A stretch of 64,000 bases of DNA. Source: Squalus acanthias. Its lineage: Eukaryota. The notes under the pieces are model-generated. The model was not told the origin of the DNA, did no database searches, and worked only from the letters and a program-made list of their open reading frames with translations. Positions 11,253 through 24,819 of this stretch are shown in pieces. The DNA lies in the NCBI GenBank assembly GCA_030390025.1, contig CM059450.1, forward strand, positions 26,226,001 through 26,290,000, in the 5' to 3' direction. Made by a program: the position numbers and the translations under genes. How positions within the stretch are numbered: the first letter of the stretch is position 1; each line of letters opens with the position of its first letter.

Positions 11253-11710
11253 TGTCAGCCATGGTTCAGTTGGTAGCACTCTCGCCTCTGTGGGTTCAAG
11301 TCCCACTCCAGATACTTGAGCACAAAAATCTAGGCTGACACTCCCAGTGCAGTACTGAAGGAGTGCTGCACTGTCGGATGTGCCGTCTTTCAGATGAGAC
11401 GTTAAACCGAGGCCCCGTCTGCTCTCTTGGGTGGACATAAAAGCTCCCACGGCCACCATTTCGGAGTAGAGCAGGGGAGTTCTCTCTGGTGTCCTGGGCT
11501 AATATTTATCCCTCAATCAACATTACTAAAAACCGATTATCATGTCATTGTCACATTGCTGTTTGTGGGAGCTTGCTGTGCGCAAATTGGCTGCCGCGTT
11601 TCCTACATTACAACAGTGACTGCACCTCAACAGTACTTCATTGGCTGAAAAGCGCTTTGGGATGTCCGGTGGTTGTGAAAGGCGCTGTAGAAATGTAAGT
11701 CTTTCTTTTT
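11253..11710 (+). mobile_element. SacSINE1-like Deu-domain SINE nested in an older opposite-strand copy
   Basis: Near full-length. Flanks at about 11180-11250 and 11710-11870 are minus-strand pieces of the same family. Confidence 0.8.
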
Positions 11711-12444
11711 ATCAGTTTATCTGTTGGGTTTTTCTTGGTGATGTTGGCTGAATGAGGAATGTTGGCCAGGACATCTGGAGAACTCCCTGCTCTTCTTCGA
11801 ATGGCGCCATGCAGTCATTAATGTCCACTTAAACATGCAGATGGGGCCCCGGTTTAACATATCATCCGAGGGCCAAAATGACCCTTCTGTGTAATTTCTG
11901 ATTAAGTCCCAGTGCTTTTCTTGGCTATCAAAATGAAGTAATCCATTCTCCAGTCCTGATTATAGCCTCTATATGTGTAGAGCTCTTGAAGATATCAACA
12001 AGACAAGGTTGATTGGAACTGGAATTTACCCGATTGCTCCCCATCCCCCTCCTGAACTTATCTCTTAATGGGCCTAACAGCCCTGCAACACTTTGTATAT
12101 AGCCAGGGCCCTTACCGAGTCCTGTGGCGCAGAATGGCAGAGTACAGGGAGTCCTCTATCCAGTTAAAACAAGCCCTTTTCACCTCTCTTGCTGGTATCT
12201 TACCCACTCTAATGCTAATTTTATTTATCCTTTGCTGACTTTTGTGTGACTCACATTCCTTGCAATTTTATTACTTGTCCCATTTAAAGTAACTCTTCTT
12301 AACTTCCCCTGATTTTCTCCCTCCTTAAGATTCTTTACTCTAACTAGGGTTTTGCCCCACAGGCTGCCCCCTAACATCAAAGAAAAGAAAGAACTTGCAT
12401 TTCTATAGTGCCTTTCACGATCTCAGGATGTCCCAAAGCGTGGA

Positions 12445-12830
12445 TGGACCCAGACTGTACTGTGCCCCACAGATCTGGTAGACATGGCTGGACTAGACTG
12501 TACTGTGCCCCTCAGTTCTTGTAGACGTGGCTGGACTAGACTGTACTGTGCCCCTCAGATCTGGTAGACGTGGCTGGACTAGACTGTACTGTGCCCCTCA
12601 GATCTGGTAGACATGACAGGACCCAGACTGTACTGTGTCCCTCAGATCTGGTAGACGTGGCTGGACTAGACTGTACTGTGCCCCTCAGATCTGGTAGACA
12701 TGACAGGACCCAGACTGTACTGTGTCCCTCAGATCTGGTAGACGTGGCTGGACTAGACTGTACTGTGCCCCTCAGGTCTGGTAGACATGGCTGGACCCAG
12801 GCTGTACTCTTCTGTTTTGGTAAACATGAC
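12445..12830. repeat. ~42-bp minisatellite (GACTGTACTGTGCCCCTCAGATCTGGTAGACGTGGCTGGACTA)n
   Basis: About 9 tandem copies with two alternating variants. One more partial unit follows the RTE at about 13355-13385. Confidence 0.9.
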
Positions 12831-13355
12831 AGGATAGGCGCACCAACGTCAGTGTTCTCGCTCAGGCCAACATCCCCAGCATCGAAGCTTTGACCACGCT
12901 CAATCAGCTCCGATGGACGGGCCACATCGTCCGCATGCCCAATACGAGACTCCCAAAACAAGCGCTCTACTCGGAGCTCTGACACGGCAAGAGAGCCCCA
13001 GGTGGGCAGAGGAATCGCTTCAAGGACACCCTCAAAGCCGCCTTGAAAAAGTGCAACATCCCCACCGACACCTGGGAATCCCTGGCCCAAGACCGCACAA
13101 AGTGGAGGAGAAGCATCCGGGAAGGCGCCGAACACCTCAAGTCTCTTCGCCGGGAGCGAGCGGAAGCCACGCGCAAGCAGCACAAGGAGCGCCCGTCAAC
13201 CCAAGCACCCCACCCACCTGCCCCTTCAACCACCGTCTGCCCCACCTGTGACAGAGACTGTAGGTCCTGCATTGGACTCATCAGTCACCTGAGAACTCAT
13301 TTTTAGTGTGGAAGTCATCCTCGGTTCCGAGGGACTGCCTAAGAAGAAGAAGAAG
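12830..13355 (+). mobile_element. RTE-clade LINE 3' fragment (second copy)
   Basis: Close match to 7676-8147 with the same (GAA)n tail, but carries stop codons. Confidence 0.9.
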
Positions 13356-13569
13356 ACTGTACTGTGCCCCTCTGGTCTGGTATGGTGCTGCCTGTTGGTT
13401 TTTCTGCAGCAGTGTTGGGAGAAGTGGGCTTGCCAAGGCGCATGACTGCTCTGACACATCCCTGATGTAAGCTTTTACTTTTTTTTTCTCTCTCTCAACA
13501 CGAAGCGAGTCTCCACCCCTAAAGGACACACCCGGCCGTGTACAAGAGCCCAGCCCTGTAACAGAAGAG

Positions 13570-13704
13570 CTTTATTATCGAGTATCTGGAGGCTGGAGCT
13601 ACACTTGAGTGCTGCATTCAATAACGGGCTATTCCACACTAAGCACTGGGTGCCCCGGCACCATGAGACGGCGGGGGCTTTAGCCCATAAATCGCTGCCA
13701 CCAG
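13570..13704 (+). promoter_or_regulatory. Candidate AHNAK promoter / non-coding first exon
   Basis: TATA-like TTTATTA at 13571, a short CpG-containing segment and a CAG|GTAAAT donor at 13704/13705. AP-1 (13808) and reverse CCAAT (13818) motifs follow, at the start of a TE-poor block of about 3.5 kb. Inference only. Confidence 0.35.
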
Positions 13705-16700
13705 GTAAATCGAATAGCAATCTATAAGATATGTATTTAAATAGTGGAAATTTACTGCAGAAATATTTTGTTTAAAAGTTTTGATTTGCAAAAAAAAGTT
13801 GCTAACTTGAGTCAGTGATTGGTTCTCGAGTTGCAAACTTCTCAGAAAGTTTATTTGCAGAGTTTTGCAAGCGACAAATAGGTCGTTTCCAGCTGTTGGC
13901 GGCTGCATTGGACAGACGATAGTTATAACGTGGGCGTGGATCTTTTAATGTGCCTTCGGGCTCGCTTGCCTGCCTTCTGCATAGACAAAAAAATCAACAG
14001 AACACTCAAAAAGTTTGCCGATCGAGCAGGCGAGGATGTCAAACCTGCAGGAATCTGAATATTTAAATTTGTGAATATATGTCAAAAAGTTGCACACAAG
14101 TTAATTTTCGTAATTCCAATGAAAAATGTAGACGTGGAGATCTGGTTCAAAAAAAAGGGAAAAGGGATGGTGTTGACAAGTTTTAACTTTTTTTAAAGAA
14201 AGTTTCTGCATCGTGTTTGACATGGGTGTGAAAAAGGGGAAAAAACGCTTCTCTTTCCCTCCCCCAGCCTCTGGGCACCGAGCCAGGGTCTAACCTTGGA
14301 ATTCGTGGCTGTGGTTGGAAAGACAGGGTAACTCAAAGCAGACTTTTGAGAGAAGAGGACAAGGGAAGAGAGAGAGAGAGAAAGTAACTACTGCCAGAAC
14401 CTTATATATGATGAAGGGACGAGACGCAGAGAGCGAGAGAGAGAGAGCAGAGTGACTTTAAATCTGGGCGAGAGGCAGGAGTGAAAAGAGATCTAGAATG
14501 GGTGTGGTTATTTGAAGATTAAACAAGTTGAACCAGTATAGAGCCCTGAGATATCAGGCAGGGTTTTTTGTCAAATCCCTCCAGCTGCAAATATTATTTG
14601 AAGGTTGTGGGAGGGAGTTTTTTTTGCAGCACTCTCCTGTCTGAATACATCTTCAAAATATAGCAGGCAAACATTTTTTTCTCTGTCCAGTCAGACTGGA
14701 AAAGAGTTCAAAGGAGTTTTAAAATTTATAAACGTTATTTCCTTTAAGTGGTATTCGATTTTTTTTCTGTACAAAAAAAACCGATGCTGGTGAATGTGAG
14801 ATTTTGGAATCACGATTGGGTCTCGTTTGCGTTTCCTGAAACGGTTCGGACACTGTAAAGCGTTCACCTTTGTAGCTGGTTGACTTATTCCCGTTCCACA
14901 TTCACCTTTGGCTTAATGCCCACCGGCAGAGTATGGGTTAATGCATACCAGTTTAAAAAAAATCAATCTGTGCCCTGTTTTAGCTCAATTGTTAAAAAAT
15001 AATGCACAATACACTTTGTCAGACGTGTTAAGCAGGAGGAAAGCAAGTCCCCTTATGTGTAAGGGTGTGTCACTCTGCATGTGCGCGTCGAGGGGTTCAG
15101 TTGTGTAAGTGTGTAAGGATTGTGTAACTGCCTGTTTTTGTGCAATGGGGTGTATCCCACCCGATCGGGATATGTTTTTTAAAAATAAAACTAAACGAAA
15201 TCCTTTTAAAAAGTCAAAAGAATTTTCAGAGCGAATTGTCTCTTTTTTGTAATTAAAAAGATACATGGTTTGTAATTTTTTTTTTGGGGGGGGGGGAGTT
15301 GATAGAATTGACTTGGAACTCCTTCGCAGTCAGTTCTTGAGAGTCGAGACGGAATCCTGTTTTCGATGAAGATTAGAGCCCCGAGGTGGGTCAGAGAGGC
15401 TCCGCTGCAAAAGAGAGTGACTTGCAAAGGAGGGGTCCAAGGAGGAGCCCTGAGGAAAGAGGCTCTTGGTGAAGTTTTCTTCGGGTGGGGCCGTCTATGT
15501 AGAAACCCTGCAAGACTCCGGAGGGTAACACCAGCCTGTTGACGCTGTGACTTGCAGAGTGGACGCACCCTTTGTATTTTGCATCTGTTAACCATTCCCA
15601 TCCTTGATTGGGATTGGGGGGTGGCGTGGTCTTTGCACTGAAGCTGAGTGACAGGGCACGTTCCCATTTATATCTTTGCAGATAACGTTCAGAAAATCAA
15701 CTCTAGCAGTTCTGACCTCGCCAACACTTATTTTAAACCGGATTCCGAGCTGTGGAAATGTCCAATTGATTGTGTTTTAAGAGGGGTGTGGTTCATATTT
15801 TTAAAAGCGCATTTGCAATGGGCCGGTGGGTAAATGCATTCCCTCGGTGTGGTGATGAGCCCTACAAAACAAGACGATTGCAGATTCAACCTCCCCCCCC
15901 CCCCCCGTCTGTAATGATTTAGCTTATCTACAACTGGGGTTAGGAAAGTAGGGTGGGGAGAAATGACACTCCTGGTCACCATCCAGGCCCCTCTGCTGGC
16001 ACGTGCTAGTGCGGAGGTGTAAGGTGAGGGCAGGATCAGACTCGGCCGTGATGCCTCTCTTAGCCAAATAGCCCGCAGGACCGCACAACTGTCCAGACTC
16101 CCGCGCGGGGAGTGGCATCTTGGACAAGATACCTGAAGGGCAGCAGTTACCCGTGGAGCTTCCTCACCTTCTGGAGAGGAGCGGAGAGAAAAAAAAATGA
16201 CGAGGGAATGGGGAGTTTGAAAAGAGAAATGCAAAAATATGTCTGCAAATAATCAGATTCCAAAATTGCTCCAGGAATGTCACACACTGAAAGCTGGTCC
16301 TCGATAGAGTTGGGAACTAAGAGGGGTGTGTGGCAGGGGTGTGGAGAGTGAATGGTGGTCATTTTGGGAAGAGGAAGAGTTGCACGTCTTGATGTCAGGC
16401 ACAAGTGACATGTGGTGATGTTTCTGCAATGTGAGTGGCACCTCTTTTGACAAAACCGTTTTACTGGGAGGAGGTCGCTCTCTAACTGGACGCTGAACCA
16501 CTTGGGGCTAATGTTTGCCAATGTGGGTAGCTCTCTGCGCAGTTGGGGTTAGTTAGGGAGACACTTGTATGTGTATTTTATACGACAAATCTGCTCAGAG
16601 GTCCTGTTGAATGGCATTCTGGTTTCAGTCCCCGTCTGTGTGAAATATCACTGGCGGGCAAGGGACCGCGTGAGTTAATTACACAACATGTCAGATTCAG

Positions 16701-16904
16701 TCTTTGCTCCCTGTCATGACTGGATCTCCGCCATTCCATCCACTTTCCATGAATATTGTAAACCAGCGGCCTGACCCAGTGAATATAGTGAATTTCAATG
16801 ATCATTCAGTAGGTTATTGACACCCCCCCCCCCATCCCAGTTTTAAAATATACCAGTCAATCTGCCATGGTATTGCATACAGGGAGTTGAAACAAAGTGT
16901 AGTC

Positions 16905-17200
16905 TTCGGGTGGTGCACCTTGCAGATGTAACTCAGTCCCCATTTAAAAAATCGTACATTTAATCCTCGTTTATCATTATAAATTTCTACCTCCACATTT
17001 ATAATAGAAACTGCCATGTAAACTTGTCACGTTGTAATTACACCCTCCGGTCAGTGATGGCGCTGCTGTGCCTCCATTGGCCGGAGGGTGTAATGACAGC
17101 CTGACGAATTTACATAGCTAGTTCCCAGCAGTCATAGGAAGTTATCATGGAAAAAGTTAACAGGAAGTGTGTGTAGATGTAAAATTTTGAATATAGATAT
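16905..17200. repeat. Unclassified interspersed repeat with central long palindrome
   Basis: Palindrome at 17009-17123. Related copies at about 10990-11130, 32237-32560, 38720-39100, 39130-39260 and 43390-43520. Confidence 0.65.
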
Positions 17201-17564
17201 TTTGAGAACTTTGGCATGCCAATTCACACTTCTACATTTTTGCCAGTGAGTTGCTGAATTTCTTACTTGTGTGATTAAACACACACACACACACCAGAAA
17301 GCAGCCATGCTTTACAGTGTTAATATCTCTGAGCTTTTGGTATTCACAGTCCCCAGGCTCAAGTCTGATCTGTTCCAGGAAATTTTGAGAAATGTTTCTG
17401 TGAATTGGGTTCTGGCCTGATCCTTTGTTTCTGTGCTTTTTAAGTGTACAGTGGGATCTTACCCTTCCTCCCCATCTCCAAAAAGTAATCTTGAGGGCGT
17501 AAGATTCTTACTTTTTCAGTGAGCGCTCACAATGAAAGTTAATTAGGAACAGGCGTCCGCAACG

Positions 17565-17900
17565 CAGACACTGAGAGACCTACTGAGACACACACACACT
17601 GACACATAGGAGGCACTGAGAGACACACAGTTACTAAGGGACACAGACAGACATTGACACACGGACAGGCACTAAGAGACACACAGACACTGAGATGCAC
17701 ACAAAAACTAAGAGATACAGACACGCACAGACATTGAGAGTCATACTGAAACACAGCTATTGAGAGACACACAAACTCTGAAACACAGGCACTTGAGACA
17801 TACAGAAACACTGAGAGACATGGGTACTGAGAGAGAAAGACAGAGATACGGAGAAACACTGAGGCACAGACACCAGTGAGACGTGCACAGGGAGAAGCTA
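17565..17900. repeat. AC/AG-rich low-complexity repeat
   Basis: Degenerate GAGACACAC / CACTGAGAGAC motifs. Confidence 0.75.
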
Positions 17901-19839
17901 AATGTATTCGACACGGTGCCAATTTTAAACATAGTGGGAAAGCCGGGAATAATGAGGCTGAATAGTTTTGCTAATGATAATTTTCATGTAAAGATGTCGA
18001 CCAAAGGTGCAATTTAAACAAAAGTCTGCACTCTGTGTTTATCAACATAAGGAGAAACACCTTTACTAACAACTTCAGCACAAGAATCTTTCAACTGGAG
18101 GGTCAAATGAGGACACACTCCAGACATCTTGCTTGTGAAAAATGTATGAAAAAAATGTGAACTGAATTGTTTAAATGAAGTTGTCAAAAAAGATGCATGT
18201 ACTTGGTTGTCGGGGGTATTGTCCTTTGAACAATATTTGAAACTAAGACCCTTGTTCACATGGATGCTAAAGATCATGTGGCACTATTCGAAGAAGAGCA
18301 GGGGCCAATCATCATCCCTCAACGTTATCAACATAACCAAAATCAGGATAAGTGGCCATTTATCTTATTGGAAGCTTTTAGTCACCCCATCTACTATCTC
18401 TTTGGTGTGGTGTAAATTTTTGGTTACGCTCCTGTGAAGCGCCTTGGAACATTTTCCGACGTTAAAGATAAGTTGTTGCTGTTGTTGTTGATTGTGCTGT
18501 GTGCAAAAATAGCTGTTGAGTTCACCGATGTAATAACAGCTTAAAGTTAATTCATTGCGTGTGAAGCACTTTGAGACATCTCTGAGATACGGGAATAAGG
18601 CAATATAGATGCAAGGGCTTTCTTTAAAAATTGTACTCTGTTCAAAAGAGAAGATATTGTAACAAGGAGATTTGGGAACCTAACAGCATTTGTACAGACG
18701 TGGGGAGGGAAGTGAGTTTAAAAAAAAATAAACTGAAAATATAAAACTCGGATTCCCTGCTGTCCTTTTATAGAATCTGTCAAGTTAACTCTGAGAATGT
18801 AGAAAACAACTAGTGACGCATGGCAATTGATTAAAAAAAAATCATAATTTTATAAATGAAATTGCGTGAGAATATTTTGGAGCACTGACTGTGGGAAACA
18901 ATTCGTAAATATTTACTGCCAGTTTCTGGTGAAGAGAATTTTGTAGAACATTGCCCCTGGGGCTTGTTAAACTCTGGGGGTGGCGGAGGGGGGAATGACT
19001 TCAGATACAACTATCTTTCAACCACTGGGTTTACGTGCTCATGTAAAATTTCTGTTCACCATTTTAACCCGTTTAAAGTGGGTTAGCGACTGTTTTTGAA
19101 ACGGCAAACAGCCACAACCAGGCTCAGAGTAACCTGTATCCCCAAGACTTTGTGCAGCTTTTCAGTCTGTGATAACATTTCCATTTATTAAGGAGCGAAG
19201 AGAAGCAGACCTGAATCTCATGTAAGTTCGCACAAAATGGAAACAAGGTATAAATAGATCTGAAGTGAGGGAAGCCCGATTTGAATAGGTTAAGAGCATG
19301 CCATGGTTACAGCTTTCTTATCAACATGACAAAATGGTGGCGCTTTCAAGATGTGGGCACCATTTTGTTTGGCCCATTTTCTCTCCAACTTTCCTCGAGC
19401 TGGGGTACAGAGATGTCGGTCGCCCGCAGGCCAGGTTGCTCTTCTTTACCGTAGCAGCCTAGACAGTGAATTTTGGCAGGCTATTCGCCTGATGAGAGGG
19501 AGGGTCCTGATCAAGCCCGGTCTTGACTTCCACCGAGGCCCACATCCACAAGCCCTATCCGGCAGGGGTCACCAGATCGTGACCGGGAGCTGAAGTTCCT
19601 GGCTGTTTCCTCCCCCACCTGTGGTAATGGGGACGAGGTGGTTGGGGAAGGGAGCGTCAAGCAGATTCTATCAAAATAATAGAGATAGTCAGAAAGAGGT
19701 GCTTAAAAGGCTGTTGTGCTTGATAAATATTTAGCCTTTTACTTTGAATGTCAAAATATTGTTCCCACCATGAGCATGGTGCTGGCTAGAGTCATTTCCT
19801 TTACTACCGAGAAGTGGGGACCTTTATATCTGTTTCTCT

Positions 19840-20210
19840 GAAACACTTGAGCCCATAAATCTAGGCTGGCACTCCAGTGCAGTGCTGCATTGTCTGAGGT
19901 GCCGTCTTTCGGATGAGACGTTAAACTAAGGCCCCATCTGCCTGATCAGGTGGATGTTAAAGGCCCCACAGCGCTGTTGGAAGAACAGCAGGCGAGTTCT
20001 CCTGGTATTCCGGCCAACATTCCTCACTCAACAAACACCACCAAAAACAGATGAACTGGCCATTCATTTTATGACTATTTGTGCTGTTCACAAAATGGCT
20101 GCCGTGGTTTGCCAGCATACCAATAGTGACTGTTCTTCAAAAGGAACTTGTACGCTAAATACTGACAAGTTTCTGAGACAAGATGAGCTGCTATATACAT
20201 GCAATTTATG
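19840..20210 (+). mobile_element. Degenerate Deu-domain SINE
   Basis: Deu core GTGCCGTCTTTCGGATGAGACGTTAAAC and tail. Confidence 0.65.
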
Positions 20211-20589
20211 TAAAGTTGTGTAAAAGCTTGATGCAGGTATTGTTAAACGTAAACCTGACAGCCCTATAATAACAGGAGTATGTTATTACACAATTTTATA
20301 AATAATTAATTCTAATTCATTAATAAAATTTGTATAATTTATAATCTTTTATTAAATAATTTAAGCAATCTGGGACTGGGACGCTGACAAATTGTGTATA
20401 AGCACTGGCAGACTTGTGCGCACTAGTATTACATAGTGTTTACAGCACAGAAACAGGCCATTCGGCCCAACAGGTCCATGCCGGTTTTTATGCTCCACAT
20501 GTGCACTCGTAGTGCACATGTAATTCGGAGCCTTTACAAGACTGTTAATAACGCACAGTGATAGAGAGTTTATATTTTACACAATAGCC

Positions 20590-20898
20590 TAGTGATTTCA
20601 AACTTTTCTGTCTGGGGATCCCCTGCAAATGCTGACACACTCCAGATGACGCCCTTCTGCGGACTCCCTGCAAGTACTGATGCACTCCGAAGGACCCTCC
20701 CTGAAAAAACTGATACTCTCCAAGGGACCCCCTGCAAATACTGACATTGTTTAGTGCAACCCTTTCAAATAGCGACACGCTCCCGGGACCCTCTTTAAAT
20801 AGTGGCACTTTCCTGTGGACCCTGTTCAAATATTTACACCCAATTCGATCCGATTGCAGACTCTGTTAAGCTCCAGAGGCCCCAGTTTGAGAATCTAT
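20590..20898. mobile_element. Old hAT/Charlie-like MITE with internal tandem subrepeats
   Basis: Ends TAGTGATTTCAAACTTTT / CCCCAGTTTGAGAATCTATG resemble Charlie-type TIRs. GGACCCCTGCAAATACTGAC-like motifs repeat inside. Confidence 0.45.
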
Positions 20899-23800
20899 GC
20901 GATAGCCATACAGAAAAACTAATGCAAGGTTCAATTCCTGGTATCTGTTTAGTGTCATTGCAGCTGGGTGTCAGCATAGATTATAGAGCCACCTGGCTAA
21001 TGAGGGGGGAAAACAAATCAGGGATAGTCCTTGCTCCTAATCACTGTGTGCTGGAAGATGTGTGTGGATGTGGGATGAAAACATGATTCACCTCAGCTGT
21101 GATGCCCCCCCCCCCCGCATGGTTGTGTACTCTGCCGAAGCATGAAGAATGGCCCACTAGGTACAGCCGGGGTCCAAGGATTTGCGCCTGAGCAGGAGTC
21201 AAAACCTTCAGGAGAGGAGGGGTGAAATTCGAACAACATATCTACACGCTACAAGAAAGACCAAGAAACACTTCAAAGAACAGCTGCTGCAGCCATTATC
21301 CCAGTAACAGAGAGTCCATCGGTTAATGCTATTACTGGAGTCCTGTTAACTCTCAGACAATTCAGGATTGCTTGCCTGTACAGGCTTGGGGCTTTGTCCT
21401 GAAATTACTTGCAAGCACAAATTGTTTTTGGGAGATCAAAAGGCAGTTTCGTGATGTAGCCGAGAGTCACCATAGTGGGAATTTGGAGGGTCCCACCTTC
21501 ACTAGCATTTTTCAGTGATAAATGTATTGCCCCAAAAAGGGGGGGGGGGGGGTGAGGAGGTGATTTCAGAGCCATACAGCAGGGTATTCTACTCTGTGGA
21601 GCATTGCAATCCTGTCCTCACCCAATGCCTGCACATGTGCACTTTGGAGCAGGGGGTCACTGTATAGTGATTAGGAGCAGCTCCCCAGCTGAATTTGTTC
21701 TCCCAGCTCGCTGAGCACTGCGGCCAGTGGTGGCACACAATTGCTGCCCCAGGGGAACTGAGGAACTTCACACAGGGATCGAATCTGGGACCTTATTGGT
21801 CTGGCCGGCTCAGCTGGATGAAGCTGTTAAGCCATAAAGGGGAGGCATTTTTTTTAACCCATTCGTTCTGCGAGTTTTCTGAGTCATTGGCTGACCTGCT
21901 CCTGAAGTCCGGCCCTTCAGCCATTCACTGGCTGGTGTTTGAGATCGTCCTGGGGGCCATTGCCTGCATGTTCCCTGCTTGGTTGGGATGGGGCATATGG
22001 CTCGAATACTGAACATCCACCTGAGCAGGTTACATAAAATCTATTTGGGTTTTAAAAATGATTTGTTCTCGGGATGTGGTAAGACCGCATGTATTGGCCA
22101 TCCGCGTTGTCCTTAGAAGGTGATGGTGGGTCTTCTCCTTCAACCGCTGCCCTCTTTGTGGTGATCGTGCTCTCAGCATGGTCTTAGGTAGGGAAATCCA
22201 GCATATTGACCCAAGCCACAATGAAGGAACAGCGATTATATACCCAAGTCAGGGTGGTGTGTGCCTTGGAGGGAAACATGGAGGTGATGGTGTTCCAGTG
22301 ACATTCCTGCCCATGTCATTTTTGTCCATCATTTTTTTCTCTTCTGAAGGCACTGACTCTTTCCTTGGTGTCTGGCACCCTCCAGTACCTCTCGCAAGGG
22401 GTTATCTCTCATGTATGAACTTTGACAATAAGTGCTGGTGTCTATTCAACCAACATGGGAGGGCGATAGCTCGATCCTAATCCTCCCCTGAAATCCACAC
22501 ATACTTTCTAGCCAGAGGTTCACTGGAGAGAAATCAGGAGTAGGAACACTGGCTTATTTCCATCCCCCTCATCTCTGGTTGGAATCAGATACTTTCCTGT
22601 GGGGTCTCGTTAAGAGCCTTTGAAAAGTTGTGTGGGAACACAATGCACCATTTGGCTATTGCTGCTTTGGGTGTTGGCAGAGTCTCTGGGCTTTAGTGCT
22701 GAGGCAGAATAAGAGGATAACTTGCTAAGATGTAAACTGTCTGAATATTTGCTTACAAATATTTGCCCAAGTAATGTATTTTCTGTGCTTTTTTATTGCA
22801 ACTTTCCATGTCTGTCTCAGACTGGCTTTCAGTGCGTTGATGGTGTGTTTTTCTCTCAATTTATGCCTGAAGGTGCTGTCTCTCGCTGAGGTTTGGATTC
22901 TAGGGGCTCTGGCCACCCTCCTGTACCACATACAAGTGCCCATTCTTCATGTGTGAGGCTAGAATGTGAATGGGGGGGAGGGCGGGGGGATTAATGGGCA
23001 CATGGCCAAGCCTGATTCCCCTCCTCACCCAAAGTCCTCACCCTTTCACTTTCCAACTGTCATAATTTTCAGGAGCAGGAAAGCCGGGCTGTTTTTCCTA
23101 CGTAGTGTTGGGGCAAATTCTGGCAAACCCTTAGCACTGCCCAAGCCGAGATGAGCTTAAACCATTTCTTTAATATATGCATATATATATTGGCGAGGTA
23201 GGACTTCGGGAGGCTGGGAGTCGGCTCACCCTGAATCTGAGCAACCTGGCCAACATGAAAGCACCTGGGTAAAAGTAAAGAAAGAAGAAAGAAAGGGCTT
23301 GCATTTAGATAGCGCTATCACAACCTCAGGACGTCCCAAACGCTTTACAGCCAATGAAGTGCTTTTTGAAGTGTAGTCACGTAGGAAACGTGACAGCCAA
23401 TTTGCGCACAGCAAGCTCCCACAAACAGCACTGTGGTAATGACCAAATCGTCTGTGGTGAGGTACTGGAAGATAGCTGGCAGAACCAAAACTTCACAAGA
23501 ACGGGTGCCTTCACATGGCAAAAGCAGCCAGATTTGCCTTTTCTTAACAGAATTTGGCTAATTGTCAGCTCAGCTCTCAATCTGGATTAATCCTAAAACG
23601 CAGTAAACAAGTAACTGCCCTGCCACAAATTGTATGTAGGTCAAGGGAGTCTGTGGCTCGGCTAAACTGAAAAGAGCTGTGTTATTTTTCTTGGCTTCGT
23701 CTCTCAAAGCCCTGTTGATGTTAGCTGGAGGAGTGCAGTTTGCTCTCCCTTCAGGGGGAGCTTAGGAAACTTGCAGAGAAGGAGCTCGTAATTCCGAGGA

Positions 23801-24819
23801 AGCAGAGAAGAAAGTTGTTTTTTTCTCTGGAATTTTTTATTAACGGGCCGTCGTTGAATTCTATTCACCTTTTTTTTCTTGCGCGCAGAGCCAGAAGATT
23901 CCTGCTCCACGCGACATGGCTGACGCAGACGTTTTCCAATCAGGGACGAAAAAAAAGTGAAGGAAAAATAATTCCTTTCCCCTACCCCCACCTCCAATTT
24001 TGTCTTCCTGAAAGGCCAGACTCTTGCTGTGGTGCAGTTCTGGTACTTACCCAGCTGACCATTTATAATGTGTGAGCCAAGTTAGAGAGTGTCTGGAGTG
24101 AATTCAGAATGGATCTGGGAGTGACTTCTGCTCACACCAGACTGAATCCAGGAGTGACTCTGTGTAAAAGCGACTGCACAGTATGAGTTTTTTTTACTGG
24201 TTTGAAAGTTGACCCCAAAGGTTTGGCTTTGGGTTGAAGATTCACCCCACTGGCCCCTGTGGTCTTACCGCAGCTTGCTATATTTCTCCAATCTGGCAAT
24301 GGGAGATAGCACATAAGGCCATTGTAAGAATGCCCTGCATCACATCTATGGCATGAGGTCTACAGTAGGGTGAGCATGGTCTGAGAATTCTGGTGTCTTG
24401 GACTGAATTGGTCTAAGCCTGGAGCCAGCCTAAGCCTAAAGTTGGGCTGGTTCTAAAACCACTCCCTAACGTACGGAGATTATCAGTGAGCGTGGGGACA
24501 ACACTCGTTTTCCTTTGATAGAAATGAAGAGTCTTTCATTGTTTTGGGATCGGTACAGTTATGTGTTTGAGGATTGTGACCAGTTGGGGTGAAACCTGCA
24601 GTTTTAATCTCCCTCCAAGCTGGCTGAATCCAATGAGGTCTTGCGGTTCCAGATGGTACCATCATGAGGCCTGGCAGACAGGCGTCTGTGTATTTCCATG
24701 AAGGTGGGCGTTCTCCTTGGAACTGGTCTTGTTCTGAATCAACTCATTAGCTCTCTGCTTGACAACCTTCCCAAATACCAAAAACCACTATCGGTTCTGT
24801 GTGTACCCAAAACGACAAC

